Positions 22,953-34,878 of a DNA stretch of 64,000 nucleotides are shown piece after piece (the first letter of the stretch is position 1; each line of letters begins with the position of its first letter). Origin of the DNA: Phoronis australis. Its lineage: Eukaryota; Animalia; Phoronida. The notes below the pieces were generated by a model. It saw only the letters and a list, made by a program, of their open reading frames with translations. It was not told the origin of the DNA and did not search any database. The stretch is taken from contig NMRA01000024.1 in the NCBI GenBank assembly GCA_002633005.1, forward strand, positions 1,269,903-1,333,902, read 5' to 3'. The position numbers and the translations under genes are program-made.

Positions 22953-25900
22953 ATGCTTTTCCTCGTGGGGTGTAAGTTGCCTTTAAGTATGAGATTACAT
23001 GCTCAAACTAATTGACCTTCCAGTTTATAAAAAAAGCATTCTTCAAAAAGAAATTATGAGTACAGATTAGGCTAATTAGCAAAAACATTCATCGGACACG
23101 GGTTTGTAAGAAATAAGGATTCGAGTGGTAAATATTATTCATGTATTAAAATGTATTCGAATTATGGGCGACATAACTTGGTGGGATTTTTATTTTCTGT
23201 TGGGGAGAAAACGGAGTAGGTGAAGTAATTCCTTTTAAAAGGAACAGCGCATATTTTCTGAGAACGCAGCTCAATAAAAAGTGAACGAAGCGTTCTGAAA
23301 TTAAAGACTGGCCGTTTTTCAACAAAAATATAGCAAACGGATATCCAAACCTACTGTTTGAAGGTTTGAACTGCTCCAAATTCGTTCAATAGCTCCAACA
23401 TCGTTTTTCTTTTAAAAAGTGAAATCGCTTTGGCCGTTTTAGGGGTGGTCGTCATCTTAAACGTGCTTAGCTTGTCCTACTGTGCAAAGAGAGAGTTGTT
23501 CGACCACGACGTGGCATTTTTGGAAAAACCTATAACGCATTCGTTAACAAGCCAACTTCGACTGCATGAAAGAGGAGTCGGTCCAGGAGACCTCAGAATT
23601 CATGGAACATACACGCTACCCTCAGGAATTACCAAGGTAACGTTATTGGAGACACTCCATCTTGTCAACTTGTCGTTTTATCTCAGTGTGAATCGGCAAG
23701 TAATTGAATTTCTCACTAACGTTTCGTATACCCTGCAGTTGTATTGAAATTCCTTGCTTGCGATATGAAATTATATTTCTATGTCATCGCGGGTTCAAAG
23801 GAGTTCCTTTGCTCGCACTCATTTTTGCAATCACGTCTTCCTCTAGTTCTTGGTTTCTTTATTTTGTCTCTCCATCTTTTGATCGTTAACATACAACTAT
23901 GAACTACCGCTACTAAATCACAAATCGACATTAGAAAGACATCAAGAAAAAATGAGAAAAGATTTCTTGAACCCCTACCCCCTAAAGTATTTAAATGGTG
24001 GATGAATTGAAATTAATCTTATCTGGTTTTTAGCAGTCTTGTTCTGGTTAGGGTATTTAAACCACAAGCATACCAAACTTCAAAAATCATATTGCTATGT
24101 TAAGGCAAATCTTTATGCGTGGGCTTCTACAGAATGAACTTTTGGCACCCAACATCTCGCCCAGGTATAACTCGATAAAGTGACAAAAAACGAGGCTCTT
24201 GAAGAGCGTACGTTTTGTTCCAGTCAAAGACACGTAATATAGGAATGTGGTGCGTCAAAAAATCATTTTTTCGTTTGGATACGATACACATAACTGAACT
24301 TACCGGTTACAGTCGATAGTCTTTTACTTACTCTACAGACAAAAGTGGTAAAAATTTCAACATGAAGAAGCACTACAAGGGTACAACAGCACCACCTGTT
24401 GAAAACAAATTGAGTTTGATCTCAACAACCACTGAGGAGAGTTTAATTAGATAGTATTTATTTCATCGAAGTGACTTTGCGCCCAGAAAAAAAAAGAAAA
24501 GGTGGTGAAGCTCTTTCGGAGACTTCTTTGAAAGCCCGCAGCACCTCTTTGCATTCATTGTTTAGGCCAAAATATGTAATTGTTTATTCGTGGCGCCGTA
24601 TCGTGCCACACAATGTGAGTGTCTCTTCAGTGAGTATTTTTGAGTCACGCGTCCACAGTTTTAAGCTCTTCTTGTACATTACTTTGAAGGTGATAAACCC
24701 TTTCTTTAAAGTTGAAATTGGCCCAGACCTTCAAAGGTGTGTCGGTATTCGGAGCGTTCATTGTGGGCGAACATAAGAATGGGAAGCACGGAGGACGAGT
24801 GTCAGGCCATGTTATCAAAGGGATTCACCAGGATCTTAAAGGTAGGATTTCATACGCCACCTGGTGTTGATATGCCACATGTACATTGAATCTGGAAGTA
24901 ATAGTTCTTGGTTGAATGTAGTCATCTAATTTCGAAGACTTCTTCTAATTTACAAATAAAATCTGTTTGGAAACTGTTAAGTTGGCAAGCCCACTGACAT
25001 TGTCAAAAGTGTGACGGGGAAAATAGTAACTGTATGTTAACTGTTATGCTTATTTAGTTGCTATTGTTCACTTATTATCATGATTAATGTCTTTGTTGCG
25101 TCTCAGTGCGCTGTATAGCCTTTTTTCCTTGGGCCATGCGGACGTAACTGTGTCGGGCACTTCGCTGGTGACAGACTTTGGAGAAGAGTGTGTATCCTTC
25201 TTTGACATAAATTTTAAGGAATTGAGCGTGTGTAATGTGCAAAAGAACTGAACTTGTGTTAAGCTGAAATACACATTTTGGTGCTCTCTGGAGATTTGAT
25301 GTGTTACAAAGGCAACGACGATTGAAAGGCCGCGTCTAGTAGTGAAATCGCAACATGTTTTTTTAAAAATAAACCAAATTACTGGAAATTAACTGTTTTG
25401 GTGTTTCTCAAATGTTGAACCACAACTATCTTCACATTTCTAATGCCGAACATTAAGAACGACCAGCGTTGTAGCTACTTGTTTGTGTTTGATTTCAGGG
25501 AACATTAGCCCAAAACTCTCGGCAAAAGAGGCGATCAGCGCATGTCTTCAAACGCTTCACGGAAAGAAACATGTTGCTCACGAAAATGCAGATTTTATCG
25601 TATACGCAGGTAAATATGTCAGGTTATGTTTGTGATCGGATTTTTCCGGACCATTTGTGAGAAATTGGAGACCTATAAAAATGGCATTTCTTTCTAACTC
25701 GTGCTCCTGCCATTTCAACCTCGTTCTCAAAACATGACGACAATTTTTGTCTAACTTAAGCTTCTAATCTGGAAAGAGTTGAGGACTTTGCGAACAATCT
25801 CGTACCTCGAATAACGGATACCTCCAATATGTCAACCAAATTCTTAATTACAGCCAATCAGGACTCGGGAAACGTAAACGGTACACTTGTTCTTCATCAC

Positions 25901-28656
25901 CTGCTCGTTTGGTAACAGTTTTTTGCAAAGTACCCACATTGCCTCTCGTATTACACTCCGTCGCTATCCAACAAGTTCGCGTGTGTCTCCCTTTTTGAAT
26001 ACTTCTCACTCCTCACGGTACCCTCAAACAACAGCTGTTTAATGTTCCGTTTGCACTGCAAGGAGTGTTCACACGTCATTAAATGCTTTTGACAAGTCTA
26101 TAAATATTTCGTGTACTTCTAATTTAAATCATTGATTCTATACCAATGATTAAAGAAACTCAAATAGTCGAATTAGAAAATGCCTTAAAATCACTGATTG
26201 AGTGGGGGATGACGATGACGGACACTACGACGTCAAGGTCTCTCCGCTTAACCATCTGCGGATGGTGAGAGAAATCGAGTCTGAGGGAAGAATTTTGAAC
26301 CTGCGTTTCGCAGAGCCCACCTGACTAGTCAGGGCATTTTGAAGTGTGGGTTTCTTTCCAAGGGCCATCTTTTTGCAGATGTAAGGGCTGCTGTTATCCC
26401 GGGAAGCGTTTCATATTGCAAAAGCCTCGCGAAAACCCAGAATCACGGAAGACTTCGAGAGACGCCCAGCACTGCAAGCCGCAAGCACGTAACCAGTCTA
26501 GTTTAAGATTCTTTCATCTATGGAACACAGCCCCACTCTCCGCAGCTTCGAGTTAGTTCTGTTGCTACTCTGGTTTAAAAAATCGGAAAATTTGGGCAAG
26601 ATTTTTAGACAGTCTTGGCCAAGAAGATTTTTGAAAAATCCACGTAAGATTTCAAATTTTTTCCAAACTTTTAGAGAACCTTGGCAAGATTGATGGAAAA
26701 TTTTGACATGATTTCAAAATTATCAGCAATATTTTTGAAATTATTGGCATCATTTAATTCTTGGCGAATTTTATCGTGGTCTTGATGGGGGATACTGTCT
26801 TGGTCTTTTGCCGTTTTGGCATTCACTTACACTAACCCTACCAATCCCAGTAAAATTCTTACCCGTCATACAGAGGAGTTACGAAATACTGATTAGCTTG
26901 TGTTGTTTCCAATTTCCCTAGGATTCAGTTATGAGCACAATGTGACCGCGACTTTGGCTTACTACGTCACGATGAGCGTGGAAAGCAGTTCCGGAGTCGT
27001 TGAGCCGTCGTGCTTGGTTGACGCCATGACAGGGGGTATAATAAAGAAATGGGATGCGATAGCCTCAGCGGTTCAGAACGTTAACAGTGTAGGAGGGAAT
27101 GGACATGTAAGTTTATTGTCATCGAATGTGTATTGAGGGACGTCGTTGTGTGAGCATTTTATTTTCTGCACTCTTAAAGTTGCGTAAGACCATAGAAAAA
27201 TGTCTAAATTTGACTAACTTCGGAACTTCATATCCAACTTCCACATACTATGCTATGTTAACACTAAAGTTCTACAGCGTTACTATTATAAAGGTATACA
27301 GATTTATTTTAGTTTTGAAGATATTTGGCTACATGCACAGAGTTGTCGATACGGTCCCGCGGCTACATGCTCTTTTAAGAGCATGTTAGAACATGTTGCA
27401 TCTCTAAGTTCCTAGGTCTAGAGACCATCGACTGTCAATTTGCTATGTTGAATTTTTCATAGTATACAATAAAACGACGAGCGTCAGTACTTAACTATAT
27501 TAAAATATTCCTCCCTTTTAGAGCGGTACGCTCTTTATCGGGGCCATGACACGACCATGCCTTTGACAAAGAACGTACAGCTCGAATAGTGAGAAATAGT
27601 TGTGGTACCGACGATCATCGTTCTACTGTATACTATTTTGTTCTTTTTAACCGTCGGCAACTGCACTGCATTAAAACGTCTATTTTATTTATTTTCATTT
27701 TTCAGACTGGCCAATATTTGTATGCGCCAGGTGGCAGTGTTCCCGCCAATCCCAATTTCCCTCCGTTGCAGGCACAAATGAAAGACGCGACAACGTGCGA
27801 ACTTGTGACTGGTTTTGTTGAGGTCTATAACCTCAAAACTGGGGTTTTTCCGAGAAGTGTAAAGGAACCTTGGTCCTTCCCATGTTCTTCCGGATTCCGT
27901 GATCAAAGAAACGGTGCCTTCTCGCCTCTAAGTGACACGTTTTTCTACTCACACGCCATCTATCATCTGTACATGAAGCATTTGGGGGTTCCCCCACTTC
28001 CTCTCCCTACAAAATTGAAGCTGTATGCCCACTACGGCTCATTTGGAACGATGACGGCACATTACAATAACATAGAAAAGCGTGTTATCCTTGGAACGGG
28101 GAACAGCAAAGTATACTACCCGTTTGCCACGGTGGGCATCATCGCGCACGAACTCGGACATGCATTCACGTACAGTTACTCGAAAATCGTTAAAAAGGAC
28201 GAAGGTTACGGCCTCCACGAGGGATTCTCCGATATTTCAGCTGCCATGGTAAAATACGAGCTTAAACGACAGCGCAGTTTCTTGTTTGGAGAGGAAATCC
28301 AAAAGGATCCGAACAAATTTGAAAGAGACATGTGTAATCCTACCCGTGACAAGAAGTCCATCGATAACTACGGGTCATACGTAAAAAACATGGACGGACA
28401 TCAAAGCTGCGGTATCATCAACAAGGCTTTCTGCATTTTGGTCACCCATTACAGGTGGGACATGAGAACTGCTTTCAAAGTGTTCGCCATCGCCAACATG
28501 AAGTACTGGACGGAGACAACCGGCTTCAACCATGCCGTGTGTGGCATTGAACAAGCGGCGAGGGACCTGCGAATGTCTGACAGCGATGTCAGGGGTGCCT
28601 TCGCAGTAGTTGGTTGTTCGTGCCCAACAAGCGGACAATTCTGTTTACTGATGTAG
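22953..28656 (+). CDS. Secreted M4-family (thermolysin/elastase LasB/vibriolysin-like) zinc metalloprotease pre-pro-enzyme, 6 exons, ~529 aa
   Basis: Exons 22953-22971, 23443-23636, 24712-24841, 25499-25609, 26922-27106 and 27706-28656 are all GT-AG with phases 1,0,1,1,0 and total 1590 nt. Signal peptide MLFLVGWVVVILNVLSLSYCA; FTP-like LPSGITKLKLAQTFKGVSVFG; PepSY-like LAYYV...LVDAMTGGIIKKWD; catalytic domain GGN.HTGQY, NGAFSPLSD, AHELGH, GLHEGFSD, ERDM, DGHQSCGIINKAF, YWT..TGFNHAVCG, AFAVVGCSCP. Exon 1 is the least certain part of the model. Confidence 0.9.
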
Positions 28657-31394
28657 ACAGTTTTAAAGGAAACAAAGCTTTGCAATCTGTTATTAGGCAA
28701 TGAATTCAAAACAATCGTCACAGTACTTGATCCTCCTGAAGTTTTCAAAACGTAAATATTACTTTATCCCGCTTTAAGAAGTTTTCAGAGCGTAAATATA
28801 TTGTACAACAAAGAAGTGAAAGGTGTGCGTGCGTGCATTTGCGCGTGGGCTTTTGCATTTTTGGGTGTAAGTTTCGCGGAGACGGGCTAAAAAGGTCTAG
28901 AGGCTTCGTGACAAGTGGCCGTGTAGCGGGACGTACAAGCACGTATACACATACTATCCGTTCCATTTTTGACAGGGCGTATAAGTACCAAAAGTTAGGA
29001 GTCGTCGTGGAGCGTAGACGCAGTGCCGGCATCGCCGTTTTGATCTTGACAAGGTTGACAAAAGTTGACAAAGCAGTATCACTGGACATTTTGAAATCAC
29101 TGTAAGCACTGTGAAAGGGATTTCATTTGTAAGGCTTACTTACTTCCCAAAGTCTAGGAACATTAAACGCTTCTTATGAACAATTTTATGGCGGGAGTGA
29201 TTCGTAAAACCTAGAACTAGTGTCAAGCTATTTCTGGAGGACAAGAGAGGATTGCAAACCCACCACAGCTCTGCATTTCTGAAAATGTTCGACTCATTCG
29301 TATCGAACACGTCAGTCCAGCCCTTAATTTCGTTCCCGAATCATCTAGAGAGGTTGTTGCTTCAACGTGCTTCAGTCGCCTCTTTTTCTCAGATACACTC
29401 AGGAGATGAACCCATACTTTTTCACGTGGTCTTTGACTCCACTATGACGCTGCTTTCGTCGGCCATTTCACACACGGCGTCTACGTAACAGTGACACAGC
29501 TGAAGAGTAGGCCGCCTTCAGGATTCAGTTTCGGCACTTGGCGTGACAGCCTTTGTGAGGCGATTTGTAATAAAATCTCGTGAACAACATGTTTTGTTGC
29601 GCGGTTTAGCTCTAGTCAAACTATCACAAAATAACTTTCAAATTGCGTTTTTTCTTCGGCTGTAAATCAATCGCGAAAACTCGAAAATTTCTTATGGCGA
29701 ATCTACTTCTCAGACATGCTAATGCTTAAGAGTCACGTGATAAGAATTATCTTGCGCAATTGAACGTTTTCAGTATATTCCAGCATTCCAGAAATTCCGT
29801 ACATTGAGTACATGGCAAAGAAGAAGAAATACTAAGACCAGCCTTACACCCGAAGCAATGGTCTTACATCTGTTGCACATTAAAAGGTCGCCAGAAAATG
29901 TATTACTATAACCAATAAGCCATTGAATTACATCCGGTTTTTGTCAATTCGTACTTCGCGATTATTCAACATACATGATCACTAGGTGGAAAAAATGAAG
30001 TTTAACAGAAATGTAGATTATTACATGGCGAAATCGTTATCCCCGTATTCTTTTGAGAGCCCGAGTGGACTTTAGAATTCTCGCCCGAGCCGAGACAGAG
30101 CGCGCCGCCGGGGCCAGCTGTAGTCGCACTCTGATCCGCCAAACAGAAAAATATTTCGTGATGTCCTGTAACGTTGCTCTGGACGTACCACCCAATCCGC
30201 CCGACCATGCGACAACGATAGACTAACAAGATAAATAATGCAACTCTTGCTACCATTTAATGTGTATTGTGGCTGACCGCCAAAATCCCAGAACTCCCTG
30301 CGTGACCAGGGGAGATAACACTCATAACAGCCCTGCGTGACCATGGGAGATAACCCTCATAACTTTCCTGTCCATCATCGGCGTTCCTGTCCTGCTATGG
30401 GACGAAAGGAGCATTGGCCTATTTTCGGTGCATCGGAGGTCCGTCTGCCAGAAAAGTAGCCTTGGTACAAAATTGGCAATAGTCTTTAACAGCTAGCTGG
30501 CTGGCTACCAGAATTTCAGAAAAGGTGCGTTGTTCAATCCTGGTTCGATTATATACCCCTTGTTTATGGTGCGTTTAAAACGTGTAGTCTGCTGCTAGTT
30601 GTGCCAGTTTGTACAGCTGTACGGAGTAGCAAAGCCGAATGCGAGTCGATAACCTGACGGAGCCGAACTCAGCTTTGGGTAATGCAAGTGATGGGTCGAA
30701 GGGGTTGTGGGTCGAGGGCTTGTGGGTCCAGGGGTGTGGGGGGTCGAGGGGTTTTAGAACAATCCAAAACAATCTGATGAACGTCACTTTGTTGCATAAT
30801 TCTCCGCTTTTTATAAAAAAGAAAAATCTATCGTAGTTTTGAAAACAGTAGGCAGGTGACACGCCCTCGCACCATTTGCTAATTTTTTGTCGGACATCTC
30901 TCACGAGATCGTCGCTTGTTCTGAAATTCGGTTTGCTGGTATTAAAACGCTAGAACCTTGGAACGAGATGAAACCAATTTCCATAATTTGTTGTGACGTG
31001 TACGCAACCTCGTGGAAGAAAAACAGTCGATTGAAGAAGTAATTAACCAATAGGTTACGTTGATGTGGTTGAATTTGGAATCGTGCTTAATTAAAGATGG
31101 CGTATGGAATTGAATATTCATTAAGGATATCAGGTGAATTTTTTGTTCAGTGCAAAGAATGTTTGTAATTATTGGCCTGACTCACGATCTCCCATTTTCT
31201 CCTTTACTGTAACATGTGTCACAGAATCGGAATGGTTAAATCATTTATTGTTTGCTGAACAAGATCGTCAATAATTGAACACCGGTTGGTTAAAATTTAC
31301 ATTACTTTATTAACATATAATTTGATTTAGGGCAATGCAATTTTTAATCAAAGTGCACGTGATTATTTGAGTGAACTGTCAAGTTTCCGCTCGT

Positions 31395-33430
31395 GTATTC
31401 TTAGTTCACGCATACGCGATCTCAGTTGAGATCTTTGAGCAGGATTCCAAGCTTTGCACCAAGGCTAGAAGCCTCCAATGTTCTAGGAGTTTAATTTTGT
31501 GAGTATTTTCCAGCAGACCAAATTTAATTCGAGTACAACATGCGCACATCACTGCATGGAAATAACTTGTGCAATTTTTTCTCAGTAAGTAACAGTTACG
31601 GGTATGTACTCGGATACTTTATTCCTTTTTAAAGTGACTTTCGATTACTTTTTAGAAAGAAAAATAAGGAGCCTAAGTCTTAAGTCACTTTTCAAAGAAC
31701 AGGCCCTAGGTGTAAAAAAATGTTTTCCTTTGTTGGCACACTTGCAGTATGGTTGTCGGGTCAAGTTACTTGTGTCGCGGGTAGAGTAATAATGCAAGTA
31801 AATCGTTCGCAGTACAGTCACATACGTGAAAGTATCACAGGCAGGTAATTGCCCGAGACGATACCTCAAGCCAAATTAACCACCCGAGGCATGCTTGAGA
31901 TGGCCAAAATTAGTACCCACCAGAGTTGACTGCACATTCCAATGCAACACCATGACCCTGACAGGTGTCGCTTAACTCAAAGGTACTCCTTTGGCTTCAG
32001 GAGAACACTTAATCATGGTTGTTCGCGAAACCGTATTCTTTGGGACTAAGGTCACTCTGATGAGGATATCACAAGGGGGGCCCAAAATTTTGTCTGTAAA
32101 CATTTGCGCAAAGCACGATTGTAGATGCGCATAGCACCGAATGGGGGGAGGCCCAGGAAGTTTTTCTGTTTTTCCTTTAAAAATCAAGCATTTTACTTGA
32201 TTCCTGAAGCATAATCCAAGAAAAAAACACGGAGAACTTGTCAAACGGGAAAAAACACAATTACAGTAGACTCGAACTCACGACCTGGCGGATAGAGCAC
32301 GAGAGCTGTACCACTGCACCACCACGACTTATCACCAATTGGTTATCAAGAGACTTATTGTTTGAGGTCCACAGCGTTTGCGCGCGAAATCTACTTCTTT
32401 TTGTAATGCTTATAATACGTTTTATATTTTGTGCAATCAATTCGTAACAAATTTGTTGTATTTAAAATAGTCGTCAATTGCCCAAAAGACCAAATCCGTT
32501 TTTTGTGTTGGCAATAATGACGCGATTGCTTTGGAAATCGTCTTAAGTAAATGTTTGACAAAGAGAGAATTATGAGTTTCTGAGTGATTCACTAAAGCTT
32601 CGATTAAAATTCACATCTTACCAGCAGCTTCTGTTTTTTCACGTCACTCAGATTCCATTTTCTTTAAAAAATGAAGTAATTTTCTTCATTGCACAGTGGA
32701 GCAGACGACGGAAACGGAGTCGTAGGGCGCAGCGCCACTGCCGGTCGCCTGGGATATCGCGGGAGAGCCTATACTTAGCCATAGTTCCGTTACGATTGCG
32801 CCGTGTTCTGAATTTGACAATTGAAATTGGATCTGAGTTTCCCCCCCAAAAAACACACCAAAACTGCACACATTTATATCTTGTTTCAGCCGTATGATTT
32901 TAATTTCCGGGGTTAATTAATAAACTCAACATTTCCCTACGCTCTTGCTGTTTTATTTTTTTGCGGCAGCCAAAGGGGGCATGCCCCCCTCCCCTAAATC
33001 CGCCTATGTTGGTGTACACAAGTCCATAACGTTGCTGCAAACAGGTTACATAATACAGGTTAGGACATATCATCAAATGAACAGCATTTAATCGTTCTTC
33101 TGTTGTAGTTTACAAATATTTTCGGTGGCCCGAAAGTATCACCAAGGTAGAATTAATTTACACCAGTAATGTCTTCCTGTTCACACCTAAGTGAGAATGA
33201 ATTCACCTAGGTGAAAAATATTTCCAGCCAGGTGTAAAGAATTTCAACCCTGGTTGAAATTATTTCCACATCGGTGAAAAAAAAAATTAAAAAGTAATTT
33301 AACTAAAATAGTGATGATACTTTGGGCCACCGTAGATATTTGCCCCTAAAATATTGAAAAAGATCTATTTTCAAAGACGGGTTTAAATTTTATAGTCCGT
33401 TACATGCCTAAAATGAGCTGGAAATAGTTT
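31395..33430 (+). repeat. Copy B of the duplicated composite segment, interrupted by a ~940 bp insertion (~32066-33008)
   Basis: Collinear with 8555-9930. The insertion ends in gggggcatgcccccctcccctaaatccgcctatg, which resembles a DNA-transposon/MITE terminus. Confidence 0.75.
32262..32332 (-). pseudogene. tRNA-derived sequence (SINE head or tRNA pseudogene)
   Basis: The reverse complement gtggtgcagtggtacagctctcgtgctctatccgccaggtcgtgagttcgagtctactgt contains an A-box TGGTGCAGTGG and a B-box GTTCGAGTC at tRNA-like spacing. The acceptor and anticodon stems pair poorly. Confidence 0.5.
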
Positions 33431-33499
33431 GTTTGGTCTTCAATGTTTTGTTTGGCCATGTAAATGTATATTAACCCCACTGAGTGTGATATCAGCATA

Positions 33500-34242
33500 C
33501 CGTATAGCCTGCAGTTAGGCTCATGTGCCTAATTGCAGGACCGCGCCTAATTCCAGGACTTAGGCGGATGTGCCTATGTGCGGGACATTTGAGTAGAACT
33601 TGCGTTATGGCCCTCCGGACATAGGCGCACATCGACGAGAATACTATCAAACTTGTATTTGTTGTGTACAGAGTGCTTCCACTGCCAGAGGATGAACGGC
33701 ATCACGCTCGACTCGATGACTTCCTGCTCGGGAGAAGGCACCAATATAACTCAATGATTACGAAGTAACCGACTTGGACTGGGACTCCGAATCCACGCCG
33801 ATCACTTTGTCTTCGGACGCAGACAGCAAGTCACGGTAGATTCGGATTAGTCGTGAAAGCCGATGTCACGGTAGTCGAAAGTCAGGTTGAGCAATCACGT
33901 CTCAATTGGAGTTAAAACGTAGCAGTTAAGTTTATTTTTTCGACGGGGAGATGAACCAAGTGTTCTTTTATGCGTAAGTCGTTCTTGAAAACATAGCTTG
34001 TAATGAAAACTTTTAAATAAAAAATGTATTTTTAAAACTTTTAAAACAGCAACAGTTTAACAGGAACAATTTTAAGAAACTGATCCTGTACTCACCCAGT
34101 GTCACTAACGCCACACGCTGTATGAAATAATATACATTTAGTGTATTCTTTAAAACCGTTCTGGGTGAGCCAGCAATGGGAGCACCGCCTGCGCCTCTTT
34201 GCGGAACTTAGGCGCACGCGCCTATATGCAGGACATTTAAGG
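33500..34242. mobile_element. Putative degenerate Tc1/mariner-pogo type non-autonomous element
   Basis: The left end ta|ccgtatagcctgcagttaggc and the right end gcctatatgcaggacatttaagg are weak inverted repeats; taggcg/cgccta motifs recur subterminally. Confidence 0.4.
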
Positions 34243-34295
34243 AAAAAATCGAGAATAAAACGCAGTGATCCGCATACAGGTGCATGCAAAAGGGA

Positions 34296-34878
34296 AGCTA
34301 TTTCCGAGGTGTGATATCAATATAGTCATTTTCGAAGTTTGATATCAATATAGTTATTTCCCACAAGTGCGACATCACTAATTATTTTCAAGGAGTGCAA
34401 CATCACTATAGGTACTTCCGCCGAGTGTCATATCAATATAGTTATTTCCAACAAGTGTTATATCAATATAGTTATTTCGGCTGAGTGTGATGTCAATATA
34501 GTTATTTCTGCTGAGTGCAATATCACTATAGTTATTTCCAACATGTGTGACATCAATATAGTTATTTCCGCCGAGTGTGATGTCACTATAGTTATTTCTT
34601 CTGAGTGCGATATCACTATATTATTAGTTATTTCCAACAAGTGGGATATCACTATAGTTGTTTTCTCTGAGTGGATATCACTATAGTTACTTCCATTGAG
34701 TGTGATGTCACTATAGTTATTTCCAACAAGTGTGATATCAATACAGTTACTTCCGCTGAGTGCGATGTCAATATAGTTATTTCCCACCAGTGTTACATAA
34801 ATATAGTTACCTCTGCTGAGTGTAACATCAGTATATAGTTCTTTCCACGAGTATGGTATCAATATAGTTTATTTCCAC
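34296..34878. repeat. ~30 bp minisatellite (~19 units)
   Basis: Consensus approximately gtgtgatatca(a/c)tatagttatttcc(gctga/aacaa); it produces the spurious repetitive ORF 34458-34862. Confidence 0.92.

Noticed and set aside
27589-28656. M4 ORF as bacterial contamination or a single-exon 355-aa gene
   Set aside because: The first 39 codons are intron (polypyrimidine tract ending tttcag at 27705), and the propeptide is spread over upstream GT-AG exons within animal-type DNA.
28642-28656. C-terminal CLLM as a CaaX prenylation motif
   Set aside because: The protein has a signal peptide and would be luminal/secreted, away from cytosolic prenyltransferases; the Cys more likely forms a disulfide.
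32262-32332. Functional tRNA gene
   Set aside because: The acceptor and anticodon stems do not pair convincingly, and the sequence lies inside a repeat insertion.
34458-34862. 134-aa repetitive ORF
   Set aside because: It is a translation of the 30-bp minisatellite, with no splice or homology support.
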